From NCBI GenBank assembly GCA_030390025.1, contig CM059432.1, positions 78,494,001 through 78,558,000 on the forward strand: DNA of 64,000 nucleotides, given 5' to 3'. The position numbers were made by a program, and so were the translations under genes. This DNA comes from Squalus acanthias. Its lineage: Eukaryota. Shown here piece by piece: positions 26,201 through 39,089 of this stretch (its first letter is position 1; each line of letters begins with the position of its first letter). The notes under the pieces were generated by a model. That model was not told where the DNA came from, ran no database searches, and saw only the letters and a program-made list of their open reading frames with translations.

Positions 26201-26365
26201 CCCCCTTTAGTCCCATTATTTTACCGAGTACTTTTTCTTTAGTGATAGTGATTGTTTTAAGTTCCCCCCTCCCTATAGCCCCTTGATTATGTATTATTGG
26301 AATGGTTTTAATGTCTTCTACTGTGAAGACTGATACAAAATATTTGTTCTAAGTTTCTGCCATTC
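23258..26365 (-). mobile_element. CR1 LINE, 5'-truncated, with PLE inserted in its 3' UTR
   Basis: RT ORFs 24708-25781 and 25797-26216; (TTCTTATG)n tail at 23258-23280. Confidence 0.92.
23292..24629. mobile_element. Inverted (tails-out) Penelope duplication
   Basis: - strand GIY-YIG end + pLTR (23292-~24020) joined to a + strand copy (~24021-24629); 11-bp TSD TAGGAGCAGGA; HHR motifs at 23355-23391 (-) and 24495-24531 (+). Confidence 0.9.
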
Positions 26366-26729
26366 AATGCTGCCAATAGCAGTGCTAGCCCTGGAGATGT
26401 AAATTAAGAGAGGGTGACGTCAGTTGTCGGGCAACACCGACTTAACATCACCTCAGCGAACTTGGACCTTTGCGCTGAGTTTTGTGCTGGGTCTTAAGCT
26501 CGCTCTGAAATCCCAGCGTGCAGCAGACTTACAGAGGTGCTGTCAGCACTTCTTAAAGTGACTCACACATCTTTCAGGTAAGTTTGCATTTAAGCTTTTG
26601 GACTGGATTTTTTAAAATTTTATTAAAGTAGTGGCTTGGTGCAATACATGTTAAAAGTTTTTAAAGTGTGCAGGGAGTGCTGCTGGACACTTGCAAGGCT
26701 TCAGATGGTAAAGAAAGGCCCCTGAGAAG

Positions 26730-26862
26730 ACAGAAAATGCTGGAAATACTCAGCAGGTCAGGCAACATCTGTGAAGTCAGAAACAGAGTTCACATCTGAG
26801 GTCAAGATGTTGCCTGAACTGCTGAGTATTTCCAGCATTTTATGCTTTTACTTCAGATTTAC
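26730..26862. repeat. Short Penelope-tail inverted repeat inside Harbinger derivative
   Basis: AAAATGCTGGAAATACTCAGCAGGTCAGGCAACATCT ... AGATGTTGCCTGAACTGCTGAGTATTTCCAGCATTTT. Confidence 0.85.
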
Positions 26863-27249
26863 ATCATCCGCTTGCAGAGGGAAGAGGAAGTAGAAGTAGT
26901 GGAGGAAGTAGAAGAGGAGGAAGCAGACGAATGGATGCAACCCAGACTGCCCCTTTCTGGCCGGGATATTCACGATGGAATCATCTGCCTGTGGTACCTG
27001 TGAATGCAACCTCAATTCCCCTTTCAACATTTGTCCCACACCTTACCTTCTCTCTGTTACTGTCCATCACAGCATCCTCTTGGCTTCAATGCTGAAGTTA
27101 AAGCCACCGCAAAGCAAACTTTCTAATCCAACTTTATACATCTATCCATCCAATATGACATCAAGAAATCAACTCATCACCCTTATGCATTCCCTTAGTG
27201 ACTGTCTTGTGTGTGCCTTTGCCTATCCGACTGATGTCACACAGTACTT

Positions 27250-27386
27250 CAGGAAGTACCTTCACCACACGGACTGCACAGCTGTTCAAGAAGCCGGCTC
27301 ACCAGCACCTTTTCAAGGGCAACTAGGGATGGGCATAAATGCTGGCCTTGCCAGCGACGCCCACATCCCATGAACGAATAAAAAAA
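27250..27386 (+). mobile_element. 3' tail fragment of the 5026-9757 LINE family
   Basis: Matches 9625-9757. Confidence 0.8.
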
Positions 27387-28762
27387 TCTACCCCAGTGGC
27401 TACAGCATGGCTGGTGGAAGGTTGCTGACTTTCAGTGGGGGACACTGCAAATGGCCTTGCTGGTCAACCTTGAGGAGCTGGTGGCTGAGAGTGTCAAAGT
27501 GAGTGACAGTGTTTCTTCTTATTATTATTCTTCACTCTCCTCTCCCTCTTCTTGGTCACCCACTGGCTGGGCATGCTGGATTTCTTGGGTGTGAAATGAG
27601 GAAGGCACAAGGGTGGAGTTGTGGTGAAGGGATAGCGGGAAAGCAAGAGGTGCATGTGAGAAGGAGAATAACGTATGAGGATACCAGCATCTTGTATCCT
27701 TTCAGCCTCGCCGCTGGCCAAGGGCTCAGCCATGCACCTGCCAAGAATGGTCTGCACCGTTTCCTCCAAGGGAGGTGAGGTGAAGCTAGGAATGGGAGGT
27801 ATGCCTCGTGTTTGGTACAGATTGTTGGGAGGTGAGTGATTGGTCAGGGGGTAGGGAGTCATGCATTGAGAAGTGTGTGAGGCTAGTGATGTAGTTGGTA
27901 GGAGACGGCTTTTGAAGATGCATTCACTGACCTGGACCAATGGTCTGAGGTCATGAAGCTTCTTTGGGCACTGGAGCCAGGTCGTGGGGGCGACACTGCT
28001 GGCAGTGACAGCCTCGGTAATCTGGTCCCACATCATTCTTTCTGGAGGGCCTCCTGCAGGCCCCTGTGGGTATAAGATCACTCTTGCAGTGTTGACCCTC
28101 TGCACAAAGCTGGAGTGCTGTGTCAAGACCCTGGATGCCCCTTCCCTGGCTTGCTGAGCCATTTGTGTTAGTGCTGAAGCACTTTTCCCATTTCTTTAGG
28201 TGCGGAAGAGAATTCAGCTTTATGAGCTGAAGACTCCCATTTGGGAATTCTTTTTACTGTTAATTTTTTTTTCAGAAGGCAGTTGAGCTGTAAGGGCTTT
28301 TTTAATTTTATCATTTCAGAAGGCATTGCCCTTTGAAGAAAACGACAATGCATTGTCCTTTTAAGATCCCACAATGCTTAGCGAAATCACAGCCTCACTT
28401 TCAGAGGCTGTTCGAAGCTGCAACGCTGCTTGTGAACACCACATTGGGGCCTGATGACGGGACGAACGCCACCAGGAGGGCGTTACACTGTGAGTTTAGC
28501 GCTGGGCTAATAATCGTTAGTCCCCAGTGCCAATTTTTCAGTCCTACCAGGGCCACCATTTTCAGCAGCCGTTAACCCGTGGCTGCGGTGGCACCGGCAG
28601 CTGTCGTGTCGCACTCGAATTTTTAGCCCATGGATTATTTGAAGTCAGACAAATAGCCACCAACTGCACCACAAGCCTCACACACCAGCTAGAAGCTGAT
28701 TAAGCAGTTGTCGATTGTTTGACTCTCAAAAGGTATACATTAGGCACTAGTTTGCAAAAGCA

Positions 28763-28958
28763 CAGAGCTTGGAGACCAGAGCTTGGAGACCAGAGCTTGG
28801 AGACCAGAGCTTGGAGACCAGAGCTTGGAGACCAGAGCTTGGAGACCAGAGCTTGGAGACCAGAGCTTGGAGACCAGAGCTTGGAGACCAGAGCTTGGAG
28901 ACCAGAGCTTGGAGACCAGAGCTTGGAGACCAGAGCTTGGAGACCAGAGCTTGGAGAC
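28763..28958 (+). repeat. Perfect tandem repeat (CAGAGCTTGGAGAC)x14
   Basis: 14-bp unit, 14 identical copies. Confidence 0.97.
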
Positions 28959-30797
28959 ATCTGGTGAGCGCAGGAATCGGTGGGGAGGGAGGCGGGTGAG
29001 AGGTCTAACTGAAAAGGAGGAGTGGAGCCACAGAACCCAAGATCTCTAAGTTAATAGACAGGAGAGCAGACCTGCGGGAGAGTGAGAAGAGTGGCTGCAG
29101 ATAAAGGTAGGCCCGAGAGCCCAGAGCCCTGAGGGAGCGCGAGTGTCAGGGAGCAAGGTAAGTGATGTCAGCACAAGGGAAGGAACTGATTGGTGAGTAG
29201 CTGGTGATTGTTTTTTTTAAGTCTTAATTTTATTTCTGTTAAGTTACTTAATAGTCTATTAAGTAGAGGCATAACTGGGCACCTTGGTCCCGTGGAATGC
29301 ACATCTTGTGCCATGTGGGAACTCCAGGATGCTTCCCATGTCCTGGACAACCACGTGTGCAGGAGGTGTCATCAGCTTGAGGAGCTCAAGCTCCAGGTTT
29401 CGGAACTGGAGCACCAGCTGGCGTCACTGCGGTGCATCCGTGAGGCTGAGAGCTTCGTGGATAGCACATTTCAGGAGGTGGTCACCCCGTAAGAGTGTGC
29501 AGGCAGAGAGGGAATGGGTGACCGTCAGACAGACAAGGAGGACTGGACAGGTAGTGCAGGAGTCCCCTGAATGCAAGGGGGGGGGGGGGGAGGAAGATTG
29601 GGAAAGCAATAGTGATTGGAGATTCGATAGCTAGGCGTTTCTGCGGCCGCAGACATGATTCCAGGATGGTATGTTGCCTCCCTGTTGCCAGGGTCAAGGA
29701 TGTCACTGAGCGGCTGCAGAACACTCAGAAGGAGGAGGGTGAAAACAGCCAGAGGTCGTGGTCCATATCGGTATCAACAACATAGGAAGAAAGAGGGATG
29801 AGGTCCTGCAGGCAGATTTCAGGGAGCTCGGAAAGAAATTAAAAAGCAGGACCTCAAAGGTAGTAATCTCCGGATTACTCCCGATGCCATGAGCTAGTGA
29901 GTATAGAAATAGGAGGATAGAGCAGATGAATGTGTGGCTGGAGAGATGGTGCAGGAGGGAGGGCTTTGGATTCCTGGGGCATTGGGACCAGTTCTGGGGG
30001 AGGTGGGACCTGTACAGGCCAGACAGGTTGCATCTCAACAGAGCTGGGACCAATATCCTTGCGGGAAGGTTTGCTAGTGCTGTTGGGGAGGGTTTAAATT
30101 AATTTGGCATGGGGATGGGCACCAGGATGTAACATTAGAAAGGAGAAACAAGGTGCACAAAGGATGGGAGAGACAGATAGCACTAGAGTAAGAAATAGTA
30201 TGGTATTAGGTGGGGTCAGACTAAGAGAGAACACAGGATGGTCTAAGATAGGTTTACAGTTCATGTGTGTGAATGCACAAAGTGTGGTAAATAAGGTTGG
30301 TGAGCTGCAGGCGCAAATAGACACATGGGAATATGATGTCGTGGCGATAATGGAGACCTGGCTCAAAAAAGGGCAGGATTGGGTACTAAATATTCCTGGA
30401 TATAAGGTGTTCAGGAAAGTTAGGGAAACTAAAGAAAGGAGGTGGGGTGGCAGTATTGATTAAGAACAATATTACAGTGCTGGAGAGAGAGAATGTCCTG
30501 GAGGGGTCAAAGACAGAATCTATTTGGTTAGAGTTGAGAAACAATAGAGGTGCCATTACACTACTAGGTGTATTCTATAGGCCGCCAACTAGTGGGAAGG
30601 ATATAAAAGAGAAAATTTGCAGGGAGTTACAGAGAGGTGCAAGAACTATAGAGTAGTGATAATGGAGGATTTCAACTATCCTAATATAGACTGGGATAGT
30701 AATAGTGTAAAGCGCAGGGAGGGGGTAGAATTTCTGAAGTGTGTTCAGGAGAACTTTCTTGATCAGTACGTTTCCGGCCCAACGAGGAAGGAGGCAT

Positions 30798-31637
30798 ACC
30801 AACAGAAAGCGCTGGAAAAACTCAGCAGGCCAGGCAACATCCATGGAGAGAGAAACAGAGTTAATGTTTCAGGTCGAAGACCCTTCGTCAGAACTGAGAA
30901 AAAAGCAGGAAATGAAACAGATGAAAAAGCAAGTTGGAGGCTGGGGGAGGGAATGAAAGAACAAAAGGGGAGGTCTGTGAGAAGTAGAGACATTAAGAGA
31001 TGCTCAAGGCGAGACGAGATGGTAATAGGACAGGTTAAGAAACAAAAGATGGCTCAGAAGTGTGAATGGCGCTGGCAGGATGAAAGCGTAAGCTCGAGGA
31101 ACAGCACCTCATCTTCCGATTAGGCACTTTACAGCCTTCCGGGCTCAATATCGAGTTCAACAATTTCAGATCATAACCTCGGCCCCTACTATATATATAT
31201 ATATATATAGTAGGGGCCGAGGTTATGATCTGAAATGGTTGAACTCGATATTGAGTCCGGAAGGCTGTAAAGTGCCTAATCGGAAGATGAGGTGCTGTTC
31301 CTCGAGCTTACGCTTTCATCCTGCCAGCGCCATTCACACTTCTGAGCCATCTTTTGTTTCTTAACCTGTCCTATTACCATCTCGTCTCGCCTTGAGCATC
31401 TCTTAATGTCTCTACTTCTCACAGACCTCCCCTTTTGTTCTTTCATTCCCTCCCCCAGCCTCCAACTTGCTTTTTCATCTGTTTCATTTCCTGCTTTTTT
31501 CTCAGTTCTGACGAAGGGTCTTCGACCTGAAACATTAACTCTGTTTCTCTCTCCACGGATGTTGCCTGGCCTGCTGAGTTTTTCCAGCGCTTTCTGTTGG
31601 TATTTCAGTTTTCCAGCATCCGCAGTATTTTGCTATT
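30798..31637. mobile_element. Near-perfect ~800-bp Penelope-derived palindrome centred on (TA)n
   Basis: Arms 30798-31190 and 31210-31601; 14-bp TSD GAGGAAGGAGGCAT (30784-30797, 31638-31651); HHR motifs at 30859-30895 (-) and 31504-31540 (+). Confidence 0.92.
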
Positions 31638-32309
31638 GAGGAAGGAGGCATTGCTGGATCTGGTTCTGGGGAATGAAGTAGGGCAAATGTCAGTAGGGGA
31701 ACATTTAGGGAACAGTGATCACAGTATCATAAGGTTTAGATAAGCTACGGAAAAGGACTGGAGGCAATCTAGAGTAAAAATACTTAATTGGAGGAAGACC
31801 AATTTCAGTGGGTTGAGAATGGATCTGGCCCGGGTAAACTGGAATCAAAGATTTTCAGGCAAAACTGTAATCGAACAATGGGCTGCCTTTAAAGATGAAA
31901 TGGTTTGGGTACAGTTGAGGTACATTCCCACGAGGGGGAAAGGTAGGCAATCAAAGCCAGATCTCCCTGGATGACAAAAGAGATAGAGAGTAAGATGAAG
32001 CAGAAAAAGGGGGTCTAGACAGAGTAGATAGAAAGAAACTGTTCCCATTGGCGGAAGGGTCGAGAACGAGAGGACACAGATTTAAGGTGATTGGCAGAAG
32101 AACCAAAGGCGACATGAGGGAAAACTTTTTTACGCAGCGAGTGGTTTTGATCTGGAATGCACTGCCTGAAAGGGTGGTGGAGGCAGATTCAATCGTGACT
32201 TTCAAAAGGGAATTGTTTAAGTACCTGAAGGAAAAAAATTTGCAGGGCTATGGAGAAAGGGCGGAGGAGTGGGACTAGCTGAAGCGAGTCCTCTCAGTTA
32301 AACCTGCAT

Positions 32310-33454
32310 TCATAGAATCATAGAATGTTACAGCACAGAAGGAGTCCATTCAGCCCATCATGCCTGTGCCGTATCTTTGAAAGAGCTATCCAATTAGTCC
32401 CACTCCCCAGCTCTATCTCCATAGTCCTACAAATTTTTCCCTACAAGTATTTATCCAATTCCCCTTTGAAAGTTATTATTGAATCTGCTTCCACCACCCT
32501 ATTAGGCAGTGCATTCCAGATCATAACAGCTTGCTGTGTAAAAAAAACATTTTCCTCATGTCACCTCTGGTTCTTTTACCAATTACCTTAAATCTGTGTC
32601 CTCTGCTTACCAACCCTTCTGCCACTGGAAACAGTTTCTCCTTATTTAGTCTATCAAAACCCTTCATGATTTTGAACACCTGTATCAAATCTCCCCTTAA
32701 CCTTCTCTGCTCTAAGGAGAACAACCCCAGTTTCTCTAGTCTCTCCTCATAACTGAAGTCCTTTATTCCTGGTACCAGTCTTGTAAATCACCTCTGCACC
32801 TTCTCTAAGGCCTTGACATCCTTCCTAAAGTGGGGTGCCCAGAATTGGCCACAATACTCCAGTTGGGGCCTAACCAGTGTTTTATAAAGGTTTAGCATAA
32901 CTGCCTTGCTTTTGTACTCTATGACTCTATTTATAAAGCCAAGGATCCCGCATGCCTTTTTAACAGCCTTCTCAACTTGTCTTGCCACCTTCAAAGACTT
33001 GTGTACATATACCCCCAGATCTCTCTGTTCCTGCACCCCCTTTAAAACTGTACCATTTAGTTTATATTGCCTCTCCACATTCTTCCTATCAAAATGAATC
33101 ACTTCACACTTCTGTGTTAAATTTTATCTGCCATGTGTCTGCCCATTCCACCAGTCTGTCTATGTCTTTTTGAAGTCTGTTACTATCCTCCTTATTGTTT
33201 ACTACATTTCCAAGCTTTGTGTCATTTGCAAACTTTGAAATTATGTCCTGTATGCCAAGTCCAGGTCATTAATATAAAAAAGAGCAGTGGTCCCAACACC
33301 CACCCCTGGAGAACACCACTGTATACCTCACTTCTGTTTGAAAAACAACCATTCACCACTAGTCTCTGCTTTCTGTCCCTTAGCCAATTTTGTATCCATG
33401 CTGCCACTGTCCCTTTAATCCCATGGGCTTTAATTTTGCTAACAAGTCTATTAT
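32310..33454 (-). mobile_element. CR1 LINE 3' part (continues at ~41642-41720)
   Basis: RT fragments; sequence resumes as TATTATGTGGTACTTTGTCAAACGCC after the nested block. Confidence 0.85.
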
Positions 33455-33892
33455 CGGAGTGACTGCTGCCAACGAACCGGAAGCATTCTGCGCATAAATA
33501 TCAGGTCCCAAATATGAAAAACTAATGTTCACCACAACATACAGAGGAGCTGATGCAATAAACACACTCGGCGAGAGTACAATAAAACTCTCACAATCTG
33601 ACAACATCCTACTCTCACCGTCAAGTCATATTTCCTATTTAAACTGTACTGGAAGTTTCAGTAGTTCATTCCGATGAATTAATCACACCACTGCCACTCT
33701 CTCTCTTCTCGTGTTCCTTCTCCGCCCTCCCTCTTGTTTTCCTCCCCAGTCTCTTTGTATAGCGCTTCTCACTCTATGGGCTCGATTTTGCCAGGCCCGA
33801 GGAGGCGGGATTGGAGACGTGAGATGTTAAAATCGCAAAAAATGGCGGGCGGATCCGACCCCGCCTCTAGCCCGCCTCTGAGCAATTTTCCC

Positions 33893-36800
33893 AGAAACAT
33901 AGAAACATAGAAACATAGAAAATAGGTACAGGAGTAGACCATTCGGTCCTTCGAGCCTGCACCGCCATTCAATGCGTTCATGGCTGAACATGCTACCTCA
34001 GTACCCCATTCCTGCTTTCTCGCCATACCCCTTGATCCCCTTAGTTGTGAGTGTTATATCTAACTCCCTTTTGAATATATTTAGCGAACTGGCATCAACA
34101 ACCTTCTGTGGAAGAGAATTCCATAGATTCACCACTCTCTGGGTGAAGAAGTTCCTCCTCAGCTCAGTCCTAAATGGCTTCCCCTTAATCCTTAGACTGT
34201 GACCCCTGGTTCTAGTTTTCCCTACCATTGGGAACATTCTGCCCGCATCTAATTTGTCTAAACCAGTCAGGATTTTAAATGTCTCTATAAGATCCCCCCT
34301 CATTCTTCTGAACTCCAGAGGATACAAGTTCAGTTGACCCAATCTTTCTTGATATGTCAGTCCGGCCATCCCAGGAATCAATCTAGTGAACCTTCGCTGC
34401 ACTCCCTCAATAGCAAGAATGTCCTTCCTTAAGTTAGGAGACCAAAACTGCGCACAATACTCCAGGTGTGGCCTCACCAAGGCCCTGTACAACTGTAGCA
34501 TCACCTCCCTACTCCTGTACTCAAATCCCCTTGCTATGAAGGCCATCATTCCGTTTGCTTTCTTGACTGCCTGCTGCACTTGCATTCCCACCTTCAGTGA
34601 CTGATGTACCATGACGCCCAGGTCTCGTTGCACGTCCCCTTTCCCTAATCTGCCACCATTCAGGTAATAGTCCGCCTCTCTATTTTTACCACCAAAGTGG
34701 ATAACCTCACATTTATCCACATTGTACTTCATCTGCCATACATTTGCCCATTCACCCAACCTGTCCAAGTCACTCTGTAGCCTCCTAGCATCCTCCTCAT
34801 TGTTCACACTGCCTCCCAATTTAGTGTCATCCGCAAATTTGGAGATATTACATTTAATCCCTTCGTCCAAATCATTAATATATAATGTAAACAGCTGGGG
34901 TCCCAGCACCGAACCCTGCGGTACCCCGCTGGTCACTGCCTGCCATTCTGAAAAGTACCCATTTACTCCTACTCTTTGTTTCCTGTGTGCCAACCAGTTC
35001 TCAATCCACGTCAACACATTACCCCCAATCCCATGTGCTTTAACTTTGCTCACCAATCTCTTGTGTGGGACCTTGTCGAAGGCCTTCTGAAAGTCCAAAT
35101 ATACCACATCTACTGGTTCCCCCCTGTCCACCCTATTGGAAACATCCTCAAAAAATTCCAGAAGATTTGTCAAGCATGATTTCCCTTTCACAAATCCATG
35201 CTGACTTGGACCTATCATGTCGCCACTTTCCAAATGGTCTGTTATGACATCTTTAATAATTGCTTCCATCATTTTACCCACGACCGATGTCAGGCTGACC
35301 GGTCTATAATTCCCTGCTTTCTCCCTCCCTCCTTTTTTAAAAAGAGGGGTTACATTGGCCACCCTCCACTCCATCGGAACTGATCCAGAGTCTAAGGAAT
35401 GTTGGAAAATGATCGTCAATGCATCCACTATTTCCAAGGCCACCTCCTTAAGTACTCTGGGATGCAGACCATCAGGCCCCGGGGATTTTTCAGCCTTCAG
35501 TCCCATCAATTTCCCCAATACCTTTTCCCGACTAATAAGGATTTCCCTCAGCTCCTCCCTCTTACCAGATCCTCTGACCCCTTTTATTTCCGGCAGGTTG
35601 TGTGTGTCCTCCACAGTAAACACCGAACCAAAGTACTTGTTCAATTGATCTGCCATTTCCTTGTTCCCCATTACGACTTCCCCTGTTTCCGACTGCAGGG
35701 GACCTACGTTTGTTTTTACTAACCTCTTTCTTTTTACATATTTATAGAAGCTTTTGCAGTCCATTTTAATGTTCTCTGCAAGCTTCCTTTCATATTTTAT
35801 TTTCCCTGCCCTAATCAAACCCTTCGTCCTCCTCTGCTGAGTTTTGAAGTTCTCCCAGTCCCCGGGTTTGCTGCTACTTCTGGCCAATTTGTATGCAACT
35901 TCCTTGGTTTTAATACTATCCCTGATTTCCCTTGTTAGCCATGGTTGAGCCACCTTCCCTTTTTTATTTTTATGCCAGACTGGGATGTACAATTGTTGTA
36001 GTTCATCCATGCGATCTCTAAATGTCTGCCATTGCCCTTCCACTGATATCCCCTTAAATATCGCTTGCCAATTTAACCTCGCCAATTCACGCCTCATACC
36101 CTCAAAGTTGCCCTTATTTAAGTTCTGGACCATGGTCTCTGACTTAACTGTTTCCTTCTCCATCCTAATGTAGAACTCCACCATACTATGGTCACTCTTC
36201 CCCAGGGGGCCTCGTACCACAAGATTGCTGATTAGTCCCTCCTCATTACACAACACCTAGTCCAGGATGGTCTCCCCTCGAGTTGGTTCCTCAACATATT
36301 GGTTTAGGAAACCATCCCTTAAACACTCCAGGAAATCCTCCTCCACCGTATTGCTTCCAGTTTGAGTAGCCCAATCTATATGCATATTAAAGTCACCCAT
36401 GATAACTGCCGTGCCTTTTCTGCACGCACCTCTGATTTCCTGTTTCATACCCTCCCCCACCTCACTACTGCTGTTTGGAGGTCTGTACACAACTCCCACT
36501 AACGTTTTCTGCCCTTTGGTGTTCTGCAGCTCAACCCATATTGATTCCACATCCTCCAAGCTGATGTCCTTCCTAGCTATTGCATTAATCTCCTCTTTAA
36601 CCAGCAATGCTACCCCACCCCCTTTTCCTTTTATTCTATCCTTTCTGAATGTTGAATACCCCTGGATGTTCAGTTCCCAGCCTTGATTGTTCTGGAGCCA
36701 CGTCTCTGTAATCCCAATCACATCGTATCCGTTAACATCTATTTGCACAGTCAATTCATCCACCTTATTACGGATACTCCTTGCATTAAGACACAGAGCC

Positions 36801-37028
36801 TTTAGGCTTGTTTTATTAACATCCTTTGTCCTTTTAGACTTATGATTTAGTATGGCCCTTTGTGTTTCTTGCCTTTGTTTACTCGGCCTTCCCCTATTGT
36901 TTCTCACCCTTCTAACATTTGTTTCTGACTGCATATTACTTCCCCCTGTTTCGCTACATAGGTTCCCATTCCCCTGCCATATTAGTTTAAATCCTCCCGA
37001 ACTGCTTTAGCAAATATTACCCCGAGGG
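33893..37028 (-). mobile_element. Young CR1 LINE with complete ORF2 broken by one in-frame stop (36257-36259)
   Basis: EN ORF 36257-36934 in frame with RT ORF 33998-36256 (ILD*VLCNEEG, versus ILDWVLCNEKG in the 15977 copy); (TTTCTATG)n tail. Confidence 0.94.
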
Positions 37029-37311
37029 TTTCAGATCCCGTTTCCATTCCCCTGTGCTACACGTCTCCTCTGGAACATGCCAGTTAATCCTAGCGGGCTC
37101 ACAAGTGGATGGCTTACTAACAGCTGCAGCTCCACCATTAAATAGGAGTTTTCAGCAATCATCATTTGCAGGTGGCAGAACTTTGTTGTCTCAGGCCTAC
37201 TCATTGTTGTGGAAGTTTGGAGCCCGAGACCCATCTCCAGTGTGACCTCCTGGGAAACCCCTCTCCCAACCTTGACTGAGCGCTTCCTCAACTGAGGTAT
37301 ATACCAGAAGC

Positions 37312-38560
37312 ATGGGAACCATTTATTTCCTCTCCTCCTGGACATCAGATTCAGACGAAGACCAGCCGCAGCAGCAGCAGAACCCGGAACAACAGCAGCA
37401 CCAACAGCAGGAGCAACAACAGGAGCGCCAAGCTGCTGCTCATCCACCTGAAGCTGCACAGGCCAGAAGGCGCCAGCGCATGGAAGCACGTCGCTGCAGG
37501 AGATACCCCCAAAACAGGGTTTACAGACAGAGGATGAGCTACCTCAACATGACTGAGCAGCAGTGCCAAAGGAGGCTCAGACTTTCGCGAGAGGTAGTGG
37601 GTGACATCTGCGCAATGCTGCAACAAGACCTGGAGCCCAGAGGAGCGGGTGGACACCCCTTACCAGTGGCCATCAAAGTCACCACCGCACTCAACATTTT
37701 TTGCTTCAGGCTCATTCCAGTGATCAGCAGCAGACATCAGCGGCGTCTCCCAGGCGGCCGCACACACTTGTATCATGCAGGTAACTGATACCCTCTTTGC
37801 CATCGTGCACAATTACATGAACTTCTCCAGGAATCAAGCAAGTGTAACCGCGCATGCTGTTGGATTTGCTAATCTGGCAGGCTTTCCAAGGGTGCAGGGC
37901 GTCATTGACTGCACACATGTGGCCCTTAAGGCACCCCATCACAATCCAGGTATTTTTGTCAACCGCAAGGGCTTCCACTCCCTCAACGTGCAGCTGGTGT
38001 GTGACCACCAGAAGGAAATTTTGCATGTTTGCGCCAAGTACCCTGGCAATTGCCATGACTCCTTCATCCTGCGCCAGTCTAGTGTGCCTCCGCTCTTCAG
38101 TCCGCCAGACCAACTTTTTGGATGGCTACTTGGAGACAAGGGCTATCCCCTGAAGACGTGGCTAATGACGCCATTGAGGAGCCCATCCAACGAAGCTGAG
38201 GAGCGCTACAACTCCAGCCACATTTCCACCAGATCCATAATCGAGCAAACCATCACCTTGCTGAAGATGCGATTCAGATGCCTTGATAGATCAGGTGGAG
38301 CCCTGCAGTACTCAGCAGTCAGGGTCTCCAGAATCGTCGTGGTCTGCTGTGCACTTCACAACATGGCACAGCATTGTGGCTTGCAGCTGGCTGAGGTCCA
38401 AGTGGTTCATCACATAGCCTCCTCAGATGAGGAGGAGGAGGAGGAGGAGGAGAGCGACAACGAACAGCTTGCAGAGGCGCATCAACCAGCGGCAGCAGCA
38501 CGCAAGCACATTGCTGCCTGGGATGCAAGGGAAACAGTCATCTTGGCCGGATTTGCTTAG
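37312..38560 (+). pseudogene. Harbinger DDE transposase (HARBI1-like), frameshift and stop near 37700-37725
   Basis: [61 protein letters not shown]. Confidence 0.93.
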
Positions 38561-38592
38561 CCTGCCCAATCAAACACTTTTGCCATGCACCT

Positions 38593-38876
38593 TAGAAACA
38601 TAGAAACATAGAATCTAGGAGCAGGAGTAGGCCATTCGGCCCGTCGAGCCTGCTCCACCATTCAATACGATCATGGCTGATCATCCAAGTCCAGTACCCT
38701 GTCCCTGCTTTAATCCCCACAGTACACATATCCCACCCTACCCCCGTAACCCCACGTATTTAATTCCCCCTAACATATCCCATCCTATCCCCATAACCCC
38801 ACATATTTAATCCCCCCCTAACACTAAGGGTCAGTTTATCATAGCCAAATCAACCTAACCCGCACATTTTTGGACA
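38593..38876 (-). mobile_element. HE1-like SINE 3' half plus CR1 3' tail
   Basis: Reverse complement of 38720-38876 matches 8053-8155; 38593-38712 is a CR1 3' UTR with (TTTCTATG)n. Confidence 0.75.
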
Positions 38877-39089
38877 TCGACAATGACCATGAACCTGCAG
38901 ATTCCTATCACTCTGACCACCATACTGACAATTGCAAGTCGCCCTAAGCTCTCAAAGTGGAAGTCCCATTTGCGAAATGACACAGGCCACAACTTCAACA
39001 GTTTGCCATCATAATTTTTTATCACAACAATCAAGGGATGGCATTTCAAAAATAAGCACAACAGAACACCCAAGTGACTACCCATGTGA

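Larger units (their letters stand above)
23134..28629. mobile_element. Non-autonomous Harbinger derivative with nested CR1/PLE
   Basis: TIRs GGCCTAGGAATT / AATTTTTAGCCC, TSD ATG, Myb/SANT remnant 27494-28162 (-). Confidence 0.75.
28763..32282 (+). mobile_element. Decayed CR1 LINE with ORF1, EN and RT 3' end; large internal deletion near 32010
   Basis: CTSCAMW...CRRC ORF1, esterase remnants, VNAQSVVNKVGEL/ETWL EN, RT C-terminus 32048-32278. Confidence 0.85.

Noticed and set aside
28763..28958. Possible CRISPR-like array or repeat-protein ORFs (ETRAWRPELGDQSL)n
   Set aside because: Units are contiguous with no spacers and the context is eukaryotic; the ORFs are by-products of a stop-free repeat.
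37312..38560. Host HARBI1 gene
   Set aside because: Lies within TIRs/TSD next to a Myb partner, is frameshifted and has multiple relatives in the window, so it is a transposon copy rather than the domesticated gene.
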